DNA from: an uncultured Acidobacteriota bacterium
Lineage (GTDB): Bacteria > Acidobacteriota > Vicinamibacteria > Vicinamibacterales > UBA2999
Length of the DNA: 64,000 nucleotides
Assembly (NCBI GenBank): GCA_963721715.1
Contig: CAVRKI010000004.1
Span: forward strand, 1,283,876-1,347,875
Reading direction: 5' to 3'
In this document: one piece after another, positions 1 to 9,536 of the stretch
Layout: every line of letters starts with the position of its first letter
Numbering within the stretch: the first letter of the stretch is position 1
The notes under the pieces: model-generated
The model's input: only the letters and a program-made list of their open reading frames with translations
Databases searched by the model: none
Told to the model about the DNA's origin: nothing
Made by a program: the position numbers and the translations under genes

Positions 1-1
1 G

Positions 2-1957
2 AGCGCCGCGGGCGATCCCCTGATGCAGTGGAGCCACACGTGGCTCGATCCCTGGATCGCGGGCGCGTTTCCCTGGCTCTATGCCATCGACACGCGCTGG
101 CTGATCGGCATCCTGGCGGCGCTCACCACGGGCGTGATGGCCTGGGCCGGGCGCCACTTCTACACACGGGCGTGGTCGGCCTTCCGGCACCACGCCGCCG
201 ACATGAACACGCTGGTAGCGGTCGGCACGGGAGCAGCGTTTCTCTACTCGCTCGCCGCCACGCTGGCGCCGGAGGCGTTTCTATCGAGGGGCCTGGCCCC
301 GGACGTCTACTACGAGGCGGTCCTCTTCATCATCGCCCTCATCCTCGTCGGCAACATGTTCGAGGCCCGCGCCAAGCGCGAGACGTCCACCGCCCTCCGC
401 GCGCTGGCCAACCTGCAGCCTCTGACAGCGCGCATCGCCCGCGGCGGCGGCGACGTGGACGTCCCCCTGTCGGAGGTGGTGACCGGCGACATCGTCGTCG
501 TGCGGCCGGGGGAGCGACTGCCGGTGGACGGCGTGGTGGTGAGCGGAGCGACTGCGGTGGACGAGTCGATGGTCACGGGCGAAAGCGTGCCGGTGTCCAA
601 GCGGGAGGGCGATGCCGTGATCGGCGGCACCATCAACCGCACGGGCGCCCTGCGCTACCGCGCCCGCAACCTCGGAGCCGACAGCGTGCTCAGCCAGATC
701 ATCCGCCTGATGCGCGACGCACAAGGGTCGCGCGCGCCCATCCAGCGGCTCGCCGACCGCATCAGCGGCGTCTTCGTCCCCGTCGTCCTGTCCCTGGCCG
801 TGGCCACATTCGTGGTGTGGTTCGTCGCCGTGGACGAGGCGCCGCTCGTTCGCGCGTTTGCCGCGGCAGTGGCGGTGCTCATCATCGCCTGCCCGTGCGC
901 CATGGGCCTGGCGGTGCCCACCGCTGTAATGGTGTCGACTGGCCGCGGTGCACAGCAAGGGGTGCTCATCAAGGGCGGCGAGGCGCTGCAGCGCGCGGGC
1001 AATGTCACCACCGTGGTGCTCGACAAGACCGGCACCATCACCGAGGGTCGCCCCACGGTGACGCGCATCGCCGTGGCCCACGGCGCGGCGGATGAAGCCG
1101 GCACGCTGTCACTCGTGGCCAGCCTCGAGGCCGCCTCCGAGCACCCGCTGGCCGATGCGCTCGTCCGCGCGGCAGAGGCGCGGCAACTGTCGCGTTCTCC
1201 CGTGTCGGGGTTCCGGTCGATCACCGGCCAGGGCGCAACCGGCCGCGTCGACCGTCACGATGTCGCAGTCGGCAATGCGTCGCTGATGACCAGCCTTGGC
1301 GTCGATGTGTCACCGCTGCGCGACACCGCGGACGCCTGGGCGGCGCAGGCGGAGACCCCCGTCTTCGTCGCGGTGGACGGGCTGCTGGCCGCGGTGGTCG
1401 CCATCGCGGACCCGGTGAAGCCCGGTGCCCGCGATGCCGTTCGACAGCTCCGGGCCTTGAAGCTGGACGTGGTCATGCTGACGGGCGATCATCAAGCCAC
1501 GGCCGAGGCCATTGCGCGGGCGGCCGGCATCGAACGAGTAGTGGCCGACGTGCGCCCCGAGGGGAAGGTGGCCGAGGTGCGGCGCCTCCAGGCCATGGGC
1601 CAGGTGGTGGCCATGGTCGGGGACGGCATCAACGACGCCCCGGCGCTGGCGCAGGCGGACGTAGGAATGGCCATCGGCACCGGGACGGACATCGCCATGC
1701 AGGCGAGCGACATCACGCTGATGCGCGGCGACCTGGCGGGCGTCGCGGCAGCCATTCAGCTGTCGCGCCGCACGATGCGGACGATGAAGCAGAATCTGTT
1801 CTGGGCGTTTGCGTACAACGTGCTGGGCATCCCCATCGCGGCCGGGGTGCTCTACCCCGCCTTCGGGCTGCTGCTCAGTCCCATCCTGGCCAGCGCGGCG
1901 ATGGCCGTCAGTTCGGTCAGCGTGGTCTCGAACAGTCTGAGGTTGCGACAGGGATAG
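2..1957 (+). CDS. copA: Copper-translocating P1B-type ATPase, 5' partial (N-terminal metal-binding domains lie upstream of the window)
   Basis: Reading frame stays open to base 2. Motifs [11 protein letters not shown] (CPC), [21 protein letters not shown]. Stop TAG at 1955-1957. Confidence 0.95.
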   Translation, partial: SAAGDPLMQWSHTWLDPWIAGAFPWLYAIDTRWLIGILAALTTGVMAWAGRHFYTRAWSAFRHHAADMNTLVAVGTGAAFLYSLAATLAPEAFLSRGLAPDVYYEAVLFIIALILVGNMFEARAKRETSTALRALANLQPLTARIARGGGDVDVPLSEVVTGDIVVVRPGERLPVDGVVVSGATAVDESMVTGESVPVSKREGDAVIGGTINRTGALRYRARNLGADSVLSQIIRLMRDAQGSRAPIQRLADRISGVFVPVVLSLAVATFVVWFVAVDEAPLVRAFAAAVAVLIIACPCAMGLAVPTAVMVSTGRGAQQGVLIKGGEALQRAGNVTTVVLDKTGTITEGRPTVTRIAVAHGAADEAGTLSLVASLEAASEHPLADALVRAAEARQLSRSPVSGFRSITGQGATGRVDRHDVAVGNASLMTSLGVDVSPLRDTADAWAAQAETPVFVAVDGLLAAVVAIADPVKPGARDAVRQLRALKLDVVMLTGDHQATAEAIARAAGIERVVADVRPEGKVAEVRRLQAMGQVVAMVGDGINDAPALAQADVGMAIGTGTDIAMQASDITLMRGDLAGVAAAIQLSRRTMRTMKQNLFWAFAYNVLGIPIAAGVLYPAFGLLLSPILASAAMAVSSVSVVSNSLRLRQG

Positions 1958-1986
1958 GGAGCAGGGATCAGGGAGCAGGGAGCAAA
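1951..1986 (+). repeat. Heptad-phased G-rich array (GGATAGG GAGCAGG GATCAGG GAGCAGG GAGCAAA) spanning the copA stop and the copZ SD
   Basis: Direct reading. Five GGG runs at 1951, 1957, 1964, 1971 and 1978, separated by 3-4 nt. Period 7. Confidence 0.85.
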
Positions 1987-1988
1987 CC

Positions 1989-2237
1989 ATGAGTGAGTCA
2001 GCGGTTACCAAGTCCTTCACCGTCACGGGCATGACCTGTGGCAACTGCGAGCGGCACGTGCGTCAGGCGGCCGAGAAGCTGGCCGGCGTGGCCAGCGTGC
2101 AGGTCGATCGGCCCGGCGGGCGCGCGACCGTGTCGTTCGATCCGACGCAGACGAACCCGGCGGCCATCGCCGCCGCGATCACCGACGCCGGCTACGAGAC
2201 GACCGAGTCGACGGGCGGCGCCACCGGACGATGGTGA
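1989..2237 (+). CDS. copZ: Heavy-metal-associated (HMA) copper chaperone
   Basis: 82 aa. GMTCGNCERHV metal-binding motif near the N-terminus. AGGGAGC SD-like sequence just upstream. Sits between copA and a sigma factor gene. Confidence 0.85.
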   Translation: MSESAVTKSFTVTGMTCGNCERHVRQAAEKLAGVASVQVDRPGGRATVSFDPTQTNPAAIAAAITDAGYETTESTGGATGRW

Positions 2238-2800
2238 ACGACGACGCGGTGAAGGCGCTGGTCGAGAACCACCGCGCCTTCCTCCGTTTCCTGGAACGCC
2301 GCGTCGGCAGCCGCGAGATCGCCGAGGACATCCTCCAGGACGCGTTCGGACGCGCCCTGGAACGTCTCGACACGGTGCGCGAGGAGGAGTCGATCGTGGC
2401 GTGGTTCTACCGCGTGCTGCGGAACGCCGTCACGGATCACTACCGCCGGAATGCCACAGCGGCGCGGGCGCTGGAGAGCTTCGCCCACGAACTGGACGGG
2501 ACCGTGCCGCCAGACGATGTACAGGCGGAAATCTGCGCCTGCGTCGCGAGGCTGGCACGCACGTTGAAGCCGGAGTACGCGGAGGCCCTGCAGCGCATCG
2601 ACGTGGATGGGCTGCCCGTGAAGGCCTATGCCGCATCGGCGGGGATCTCGGCGAGCAATGCCGGCGTGCGTGTGTTCCGCGCGCGTGAGGCGCTCCGCAA
2701 GCAGGTGGTGGCGTCGTGCGGCACGTGCGCCGAGCATGGCTGCCTCGATTGCAGCTGCGGCCAGCCGGCGCGGCCGCGGCCCGGAGGCGGATCGGAGTAG
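2231..2800 (+). CDS. ECF sigma-70 family factor with C-terminal Cys-rich extension (CorE/ECF44-like)
   Basis: 189 aa. Region 2 (DILQDAFGRAL..WFYRVLRNAVTDHYRR) and region 4 (YAEALQRIDVDGLPVKAYAASAGISASNAGVRVFRAREALR). ICAC motif plus terminal SCGTCAEHGCLDCSCG. Start overlaps the copZ stop (ATGGTGA). Confidence 0.8.
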   Translation: MVNDDAVKALVENHRAFLRFLERRVGSREIAEDILQDAFGRALERLDTVREEESIVAWFYRVLRNAVTDHYRRNATAARALESFAHELDGTVPPDDVQAEICACVARLARTLKPEYAEALQRIDVDGLPVKAYAASAGISASNAGVRVFRAREALRKQVVASCGTCAEHGCLDCSCGQPARPRPGGGSE

Positions 2801-2815
2801 GCTGTAGCCTCCGCG

Positions 2816-4060
2816 ATGCGACCGGTCGATCTCAGCCCCATCAGTGCCGACGACCAGGTCCAGCGGCCCTTCGACCTGTTCCTCATCTTCGTCGGCGCGA
2901 ACATCGTCGCCACGACGCTGCAGGTGGGCGCGAGCCTGCCGCCGACGTTCAGCCTGTCCGTCGCGATGATGGTGATTGCGGTCGGCGCGGTCGGCGGTGC
3001 GGCGCTGACGGCCGCACTGGCGCCCATCGGCACGCGCCTGCGCGTGCCGTCCATCGTCGCCTCGAGGGCGGCGCTGGGGTTGTCAGGCGCGCAGACACTG
3101 GCGCTGCTGCTGTTCGTCACGAACTTCGCGTGGATTGCGCTCAACAACGTGATCGCGGCCTCGATCACGGCCCGGCTGACCAGCGTCGGCACGCCTGCGG
3201 CGTGGGCTGTGGGCCTCGGCCTCGCGGCCACGCTGATCGTGCTCGGCGGCCCGCGGGCCGCGGCGCTCGTCGATCGTGTGGCCGTGCCGATCCTGCTGCT
3301 CTCGGGCGCGGTGTTCACCTTCGCCTGCTGGCGGGCGCCTGCACCGTCGTGGCCGGACGGCCCGGTGCCACCGGCCGACGTCGTGCGCGGCCTCGACATC
3401 GTGACCGGGTATCAGGTGTCGTGGCTGCTGATGTTCGCCGACTATCCCCGATACGTACGCTCGGCCCGCGCGGCCGGCATCGCGGTGTTCTCGGGGCTGG
3501 CGCTCACCGCCTTGTGGTTCATGCCGCTCGGCCTGGTGGCCTCGACGCTGGCGCGCTCGGCCGACCCTGGCGACATGGTGCTCTCACTGGGCCTCGGCTG
3601 GTGGGGCGCCACACTGCTCGCGCTGGCAGCGCTCACCACCAACTTCGTCAACATCTACATGTCCGCCCTGGCCCTGAAGAGCCTGCGGCCGGCGCTCGGC
3701 GACAGCATGGTGATCTGGTTGATTGGCGGCATCGGGGCCGCGCTCGGCCTGATGTCCACGGCCTGGCTCGAGCAGTTCGCTTCGTTCACCCTGGTCCTGG
3801 CGGGGTCGCTGGTGCCGATTGGCGGCATCCTGCTCGCCCATTACTTCGTCCTGCGACGCCCGGTACAGGTGGCGGATTTGTACGACAAGGCAGGCCCCTA
3901 CGCACGACATCGCGGGTGGTCCATCGCCGGCATCTCGGCATGGGTCGTGGGTGCGGCCGTCTTCTACGCCGCGGGGAGCATCGGCGCGACGCTGCCCAGC
4001 CTGGCCGCGTCGATCCTCGCGTATGCCGTCATCACCCGGCTGCTGCAGGCGGGCCGCTAG
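2816..4060 (+). CDS. NCS1/cytosine-purine permease-like membrane transporter
   Basis: 414 aa, about 12 hydrophobic segments. The N-terminus (FDLFLIFVGANIVATTLQVGA) resembles CodB/CytX-type permeases. Confidence 0.55.
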   Translation: MRPVDLSPISADDQVQRPFDLFLIFVGANIVATTLQVGASLPPTFSLSVAMMVIAVGAVGGAALTAALAPIGTRLRVPSIVASRAALGLSGAQTLALLLFVTNFAWIALNNVIAASITARLTSVGTPAAWAVGLGLAATLIVLGGPRAAALVDRVAVPILLLSGAVFTFACWRAPAPSWPDGPVPPADVVRGLDIVTGYQVSWLLMFADYPRYVRSARAAGIAVFSGLALTALWFMPLGLVASTLARSADPGDMVLSLGLGWWGATLLALAALTTNFVNIYMSALALKSLRPALGDSMVIWLIGGIGAALGLMSTAWLEQFASFTLVLAGSLVPIGGILLAHYFVLRRPVQVADLYDKAGPYARHRGWSIAGISAWVVGAAVFYAAGSIGATLPSLAASILAYAVITRLLQAGR

Positions 4061-5314
4061 CGCAACAGCCCTTCGAGGGCGTCGGCGGCGCGCGAGGCGC
4101 CCCGTTCGGCCGCCACCACTGCCGCCACGTCACGGGCCCGCGCGGCGACGCGCTCGTCAGCGAGCAGTTCGCCGAGGGCCCGCTCGACTGCCGCCACCGT
4201 GTAACGCCGCGGATAGACCGTCCGCGAGATGCCCAACCGCTCCACGCGATGCGCGTTGTCCGGCTGATCGTGCGCGTGCGGCACCACCAGCGTCGGCCGT
4301 CCGGAGGCGAGCGCCTGATGCAGCGTTCCGGCACCGCCCTGATGGACGATGGCCGCCGCCCGGGGAAACAGCGCGGCATGCGGCGCATAGTCCACGGCCA
4401 GCACGTCCGCGTGTGCCACGCGCGGCCGGTTGTGGGAGTGACGCCCCACCAGCAACACCGCGCGGCGCGACAGCCGCCGGGCCGCCGCTGCACTCACCTC
4501 GTAGAACGAGCCCGCGGCTTCCACCGCCGACGTGCCGAGCGTGAACACGATCGGCGGCGCCCCTGCGGCGAGGAAGCGTTCGAGCTCCGCGGAGACCTCG
4601 GGCGTGGCGGCGCCATTGAAGAGGATGGGGCCCGCGAGCACGGTGTTGGCCGGCCAGTCCGGCTGGGGCTCGGCCAGCACGCGCGAGAACAGCGCGAGCA
4701 CGAGGGCCGGCGAGTGCTGCCCCGCGAGAATGGGGTTGTTCCCTTCAGGAAGCCCGAGGGACGTCCGGAATCGCTGCACCGGCCCTATCCATCGCCGCGT
4801 CACGCGGTCCGACAACCACACGAAGGCGCGGCTGACCGCTCGCGAGCGGACCATCAGCGGGTGCAGCCACGGCGCGGGAGGCGGCACCACGGGGTCCGAG
4901 ACCGAGAAGAACGACATTGGCGCCAGCACCGTCGAGGCCCAGGACATCCGCCGCTTCTGCGCGACGATGGGCCCGACCATCGAGGCCGGGTGTGTGACGA
5001 GCAGGTCCGCTCCTTCGACGGCCGCGGTGAGGTCGTCGTAGCTGGCCTGCAACTGCGGAATCAGCAACTCCGCGAAGATCGTCTCGGACCCCCTCGCCGG
5101 ATCCATGATCCGCGCGGTGAGCGCGGCATCGTCGGGGTCGAGGTCGGGGCGGATGGCGCGCAAACGCCAGGCCTTCGCGCTCGACGGATTCGCGGAAGAT
5201 GCCGGGCATCGCGAGCACCGGATGATGACCCCGGCGCTGCAGTTCCAGGCCCAGGCCGATGTAGGGATTGACGTCGCCGAACGAACCGAAGGTCGTGATG
5301 ACGATGCGGGACAT
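4057..5314 (-). pseudogene. GT1-family (MGT/UGT-like) glycosyltransferase with one +1 frameshift
   Basis: The N-terminal ~50 aa (MSRIVITTFGSFGDVNPYIGLGLELQRRGH, ATG at 5314) are in a different frame from the remaining 368 aa, which carry the GGAGTLHQALASGRPTLVVPHAHDQPDNA sugar-donor motif. The frames join in GCGCGCC at ~5156-5162. Confidence 0.75.
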
Positions 5315-5394
5315 GCGGTCAGTACAGCACACGGGCCGGGAGCGTGTGCCCCCGGCCCGGTGGTGAACGTGGTTCCAGATGTGCGTCGACGGAA

Positions 5395-6795
5395 TCAGAG
5401 CGCCGTCGACAGCGTGGCCGGCTTCAGCGCGTTCGCCACGTTGGTGAGCGCCTTCTCGAGCGTCTTGCGCGAGGTGCCGATGTTCATGCGCACATGGTTC
5501 TCGCCGCCCTTGCCGTAGCCGGCGCCCTGGTTCATGTGCACCTTGGCGTACTTCACCAGCCAGCGCTCGAGCATCTGCTCGGGCTTCAGCATGGGCTCGT
5601 TGACCGGTTTCGATTTGTTGTGCGCCTCGGCGAGCGCCTTGGTGTTGATCTTCTCGGCCAGGGCCGTCATGTTCAGCCACATCAGGTAGGTGCCCTGGGC
5701 CTTGGCGTAGGTCTTCACCATCGGGATGTTCTTCTTGATGAAGTCCAGCGCGAACTCGTGGTTGCCGTCCACGTACTCGACCGCCTGCACCAGCCAGTCC
5801 TCGCCTGACGGCGTATACGCGCCCTGGTTGGCGACAATGCCCAGCGTGTTCAGCTCGGCGCGGTGATTGACCTTGATGCGGGCGAGGTAGTCCGGGTTGG
5901 TCGTGTAGAACCAGGCGATCTTGTGGGCGGCCAGGCCGAACGACTTGCTCGCCGCCTTGAACGTGATGCTGTTGTTCACCACGTCCTTGTTGGGCAGGCT
6001 CGCAAACGGCGTGTACTTCTGCCCCTTGGTCACCCAGTCGCAGTGGATCTCGTCGGCCAGCACGACGACGCGGTGCTTCAGGCAGATCTCGCCGATGCGC
6101 AGCAGGTCCTCGGCGCTCCAGCAGTTGCCGGTGGGGTTCTGCGGGTTGCACAGGATGAACGAATTGGTGTCGACGCTGATCTGCTTCTCGAACGCCTCGA
6201 AGTCCATCTGGAAGGTGCCGTTGACCAGCTTGAGCGGCACTTCCTCGGCGAGGGTCTGGCTGGCCGTGAGGTCGCCGTAGAAGCCGTTGTAGGTCGGCGT
6301 CTGCAGGAGGACCTTGGTGCCCTTGGGCGAAAACGTCTTGAGCGTGGCAATCAGCCCCGGGTGGACGCCCATCGTGATCACCATCTGCGACGGCTCGATG
6401 GTGACGCCGTAGTGGCGCTTGTTCCAGCCGACGATGTTCTCGATGAACGACGCCGGCATATCGAGGTAGCCCCAGTTCTCGTGCTGCAGCCGGTCCTGGA
6501 GTGCCTTGGTGATGGACGGCGCCGCCTTGAAGTCGATGTCGGCGATGCCCATGCCGACTTCCACGCTGCCGGGGCCATACACACGAATCTGCTGGTCGTA
6601 CTTCACCGAGTTGGTGCCGAACCGGTTGTAGGGGGTATCGAAGTCGTACTTCGCGCTCGCGCCCTGCGCGAGTGTGCCGGTGGACGCCGCGAACGGCGTG
6701 GCGGCGAGGGGCGCGCCAGCCGCACCCGCGGCCAGTGCCGTCAATCCCGCGTTCCTCAGAAACGATCTCCGGTTCAGGCCTTCGTGCTGTGACAT
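5395..6795 (-). CDS. PLP-dependent aminotransferase-fold enzyme (MalY/PatB C-S lyase-like) with twin-arginine signal
   Basis: 466 aa from ATG 6795, with AGGGAG SD upstream. NRRSFLRNAGLTALAAGAAGA Tat-type leader. FILCNPQNPTGNCW and AASKSFGLAAHK (PLP-Lys) motifs. Confidence 0.7.
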   Translation of the reverse strand: MSQHEGLNRRSFLRNAGLTALAAGAAGAPLAATPFAASTGTLAQGASAKYDFDTPYNRFGTNSVKYDQQIRVYGPGSVEVGMGIADIDFKAAPSITKALQDRLQHENWGYLDMPASFIENIVGWNKRHYGVTIEPSQMVITMGVHPGLIATLKTFSPKGTKVLLQTPTYNGFYGDLTASQTLAEEVPLKLVNGTFQMDFEAFEKQISVDTNSFILCNPQNPTGNCWSAEDLLRIGEICLKHRVVVLADEIHCDWVTKGQKYTPFASLPNKDVVNNSITFKAASKSFGLAAHKIAWFYTTNPDYLARIKVNHRAELNTLGIVANQGAYTPSGEDWLVQAVEYVDGNHEFALDFIKKNIPMVKTYAKAQGTYLMWLNMTALAEKINTKALAEAHNKSKPVNEPMLKPEQMLERWLVKYAKVHMNQGAGYGKGGENHVRMNIGTSRKTLEKALTNVANALKPATLSTAL

Positions 6796-7107
6796 ACGCT
6801 GGGGCTCCCTGATGGCTGTGACACCCATCTGACCGGGACATACTACACCCGCACACGGCGCATGTAACGAATTGTTGTCAACGGCCGCGCCCAGCATGAT
6901 CCGGACCGATCGGGCCTGGAGGCGAGCCCGGAGACGGGTCAGAACCGGCTCGTCGGGAGACCGCCAGGGCCGCGCGAACTCAGTGATGGGGATGCGAAGG
7001 ATGCAGCGCCTGGCGGGAGCGTACAGCACACCCTGCTTCGCGCGGGGGGCGAGCGAAGAGAAGGAGGCGGGCGCGCCGGAAGCCGGCGCGCCGAACGGTG
7101 AAGGTCG

Positions 7108-7458
7108 TCAGGCCTGGGCGGGCGTGCCGAAGCTGGCGATGGCCTCGGCTTCCGTGTCGAAACTCTCGAACACCGTCACCAGACGGGTGATGGCCAGCAA
7201 ATCCTTGATGCGGTCGGTCGTCTGCGCCAGCTTCACCGTGCCGCCAGCCTTGCGGACCTTCGAGTAGCACGACACGACGTCGCCAAGGCCGCTGCTGTCC
7301 ATGTAGTTCATGTGGCCAAGGTTGAGCACGAAGTTGGTGTGGCCTTCCGTCAGCAGCCGCGCCACGCGCTCGGCGAGGATGCCGCCATCGGTCGACGTGA
7401 GCCGGCCCACCAGGTCCATGACAATTACGCCCTGCACGTCTCTGTGATTCAGTTCCAT
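7108..7458 (-). CDS. STAS-domain anti-sigma-factor antagonist (SpoIIAA-like)
   Basis: 116 aa. LNLGHMNYMDSSGLGDVV phosphorylatable-Ser region typical of STAS proteins. Confidence 0.8.
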   Translation of the reverse strand: MELNHRDVQGVIVMDLVGRLTSTDGGILAERVARLLTEGHTNFVLNLGHMNYMDSSGLGDVVSCYSKVRKAGGTVKLAQTTDRIKDLLAITRLVTVFESFDTEAEAIASFGTPAQA

Positions 7459-7497
7459 AAGAGGCTGACGATAGCAGAGTTTCGGGCGGCCGCTGTT

Positions 7498-7544
7498 CAA
7501 AAACGAACAAGCGGCGGGATTCGCGGCGAGATTTCCGCCCCGCC
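7498..7544 (-). terminator. Putative intrinsic terminator after the DUF305/LVIVD operon
   Basis: On the minus strand, a GGCGGG-GCGG...CCGC-gaat-CCCGCC interrupted stem is followed by GCTTGTTCGTTTTTG. Confidence 0.45.
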
Positions 7545-7589
7545 GGCGCCCAGGTGGAGCGCCGACGGGAGGCGACTGTGCGTCGGCGA

Positions 7590-9536
7590 CTACCGGAGGC
7601 GGGCAGCCCGGGTCCTGAGCGTGTCGGCGAGTGCCTTCAGCCGCATCTGGTCGCGGCCCGACGCCGACGCGGCGTCGGCGTCCAGCTGCGTCGCCAGGGT
7701 GCTCAGTTGATCGGCCGCGGCGCTCGCTCCGCGATCGCGCGGCGAGCGCATCTGTTCGGCCCGATCCATCGCCGTGACGACCGCCTTGGCGCGCTCGGGC
7801 TGAAGGCCCTTGCTGCGGTTCAGCTGGTCGACATACGCCTTGGCCACCACCGCCGTCGCCGGCCAGGTGACCTTGGGCTGCTGCTGCGGGTTGAACTCCT
7901 CGTGCCGCACCAGCATCGCGGCGTCGATCTCGTTCTGCGACAGGTGCTCGCTCGGCAGCAGGCGGAAGATGTCGATGCCGCGCGCGATCTCCGACGCATA
8001 GATGTTGCCGTTGTACCAGTAGGTGGACCAGTACCCGCCGGTGATCAGGTTCTTGGCGTCGAGGGGACCGCGATCGAAGAACGCCACTTCGACGGGCTTG
8101 GCCGAATCGGTGAAGTCGAACACCGACACGCCGCCCTGATACCAGCCCTGGACCATGATGTCGCGCCCGGGCACCGGAATCAGCGAGCCGTTGTGGGCCA
8201 CGCAGTTCTCCTGATCGGTCTGCGCCGCCGGCATCTTGTAGTAGCCCTTGAACTGCAGCTTCTTGTCGACGATGTCGAAGATCGCGTTGGCGCCCCAGTT
8301 CGGCAGGTCGGTCGCGCGGCAGCGCGGCCGCGTGCCGCCGCCCCACTCGTCGGTGAAGATGACCTTGGTGCCATCGTTGTTGAACGTGGCCGAGTGCCAG
8401 TAGGCGAAGTTCTTGTCGAACGCCGCATCGAGCCGCTTGGGGTGCACCGGATCCGAAATGTCCATCAGGATGCCGTTGCCCGAGCACGCACCGGCGGCCA
8501 GCCCGACCTCCGGGTACACCGTGATGTCGTGGCACTGGTTGGTCCGGCTGGTGCTCTGCGTGCCGGGGCCGTGGTCGCCGCCCTTCCAGAGGCCCGCGAT
8601 GTTCCCGGCCTCGTCGGCGAAGATGCGCGGCCGGTTGATGATCTTCGCGGTCTGCGGCGCCGCGAGCGGCACCTCGATCACGTCGATGCTGAAGAGCGCC
8701 GTATTCCCGTCCTTGTCCGGCTCCTCGCCCGAGCAGCCGTCGAGCTCCTCGCCCGAGCGCACCGAGCCGGTGCCCGAGCCGTAGATGTAGATGCGCGACT
8801 TGTCGTTCTGGTCCGGCACCAGCGTGTGCGTGTGCGAGCCACGGCAGGTCTGCACGGCCGCCACCTGGCGCGGCTTGCGGAGATCGCTGATGTCGAAGAT
8901 CCGGACGCCGCGGAAACGCTCCTTGCTCACCGTGTCGGTGATGCCCTGCACGCCGCAGTCGACGCGGCCGCGGGTCTGCTCCACCGACATGAACAGGAGG
9001 TTGCCGTGGACCGACACGTCACCCTGGCCGCCCGGGCAGACCACCGAGGCGAGCAGCTGCGGCTTGCGCGGGTTCTCGACGTCGTAGGTGTTGAAGCCGT
9101 GGAAGTTGCCCACCCACATGTTGGTGCCGGCAAACGCGATGTCGGAGTTCGCGAAGTCGAGGCCACCACCGCCCGGACGCGGCGGTGCGGGCTTGGCGCC
9201 GGCAGCCGGCGCGCCGGACGCCGCGGGTGGCGCGGGAGCCGCCGGAGCCGCAGCCCCGCTCGCTCCCTCGAGCGGCTTGCCATCCGCCGGCGGAGTGGTC
9301 CGTTCCGGTCCGGTCGGCTCGCCTGCCGGCTGCTTGGGATCGAAGAACCCCTCAGGCCGCGGCAGCGTCGCCGTCAGCTCCATGTTGCGCGCGGCCACGC
9401 CGGCATCGCGCAGGCCGGGCTTGAGGCCCACGCGCGGATCCTTCGGATCGGCCGGCGCCTGCTGAGCCGCTCCCACCAGCACGACGCCGCCCAGCAAGGC
9501 GGCGACCGTCCACACCCGTGTCGTCACAGACTTCAT
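7590..9536 (-). CDS. Secreted LVIVD-repeat beta-propeller protein
   Basis: 648 aa. Signal peptide, Pro/Ala-rich linker and repeated xxIFDISD-type strands (GVRIFDISD, GILMDISD, GVSVFDFTD, GIDIFRL). ATGA overlap with the upstream gene. Confidence 0.7.
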   Translation of the reverse strand: MKSVTTRVWTVAALLGGVVLVGAAQQAPADPKDPRVGLKPGLRDAGVAARNMELTATLPRPEGFFDPKQPAGEPTGPERTTPPADGKPLEGASGAAAPAAPAPPAASGAPAAGAKPAPPRPGGGGLDFANSDIAFAGTNMWVGNFHGFNTYDVENPRKPQLLASVVCPGGQGDVSVHGNLLFMSVEQTRGRVDCGVQGITDTVSKERFRGVRIFDISDLRKPRQVAAVQTCRGSHTHTLVPDQNDKSRIYIYGSGTGSVRSGEELDGCSGEEPDKDGNTALFSIDVIEVPLAAPQTAKIINRPRIFADEAGNIAGLWKGGDHGPGTQSTSRTNQCHDITVYPEVGLAAGACSGNGILMDISDPVHPKRLDAAFDKNFAYWHSATFNNDGTKVIFTDEWGGGTRPRCRATDLPNWGANAIFDIVDKKLQFKGYYKMPAAQTDQENCVAHNGSLIPVPGRDIMVQGWYQGGVSVFDFTDSAKPVEVAFFDRGPLDAKNLITGGYWSTYWYNGNIYASEIARGIDIFRLLPSEHLSQNEIDAAMLVRHEEFNPQQQPKVTWPATAVVAKAYVDQLNRSKGLQPERAKAVVTAMDRAEQMRSPRDRGASAAADQLSTLATQLDADAASASGRDQMRLKALADTLRTRAARLR

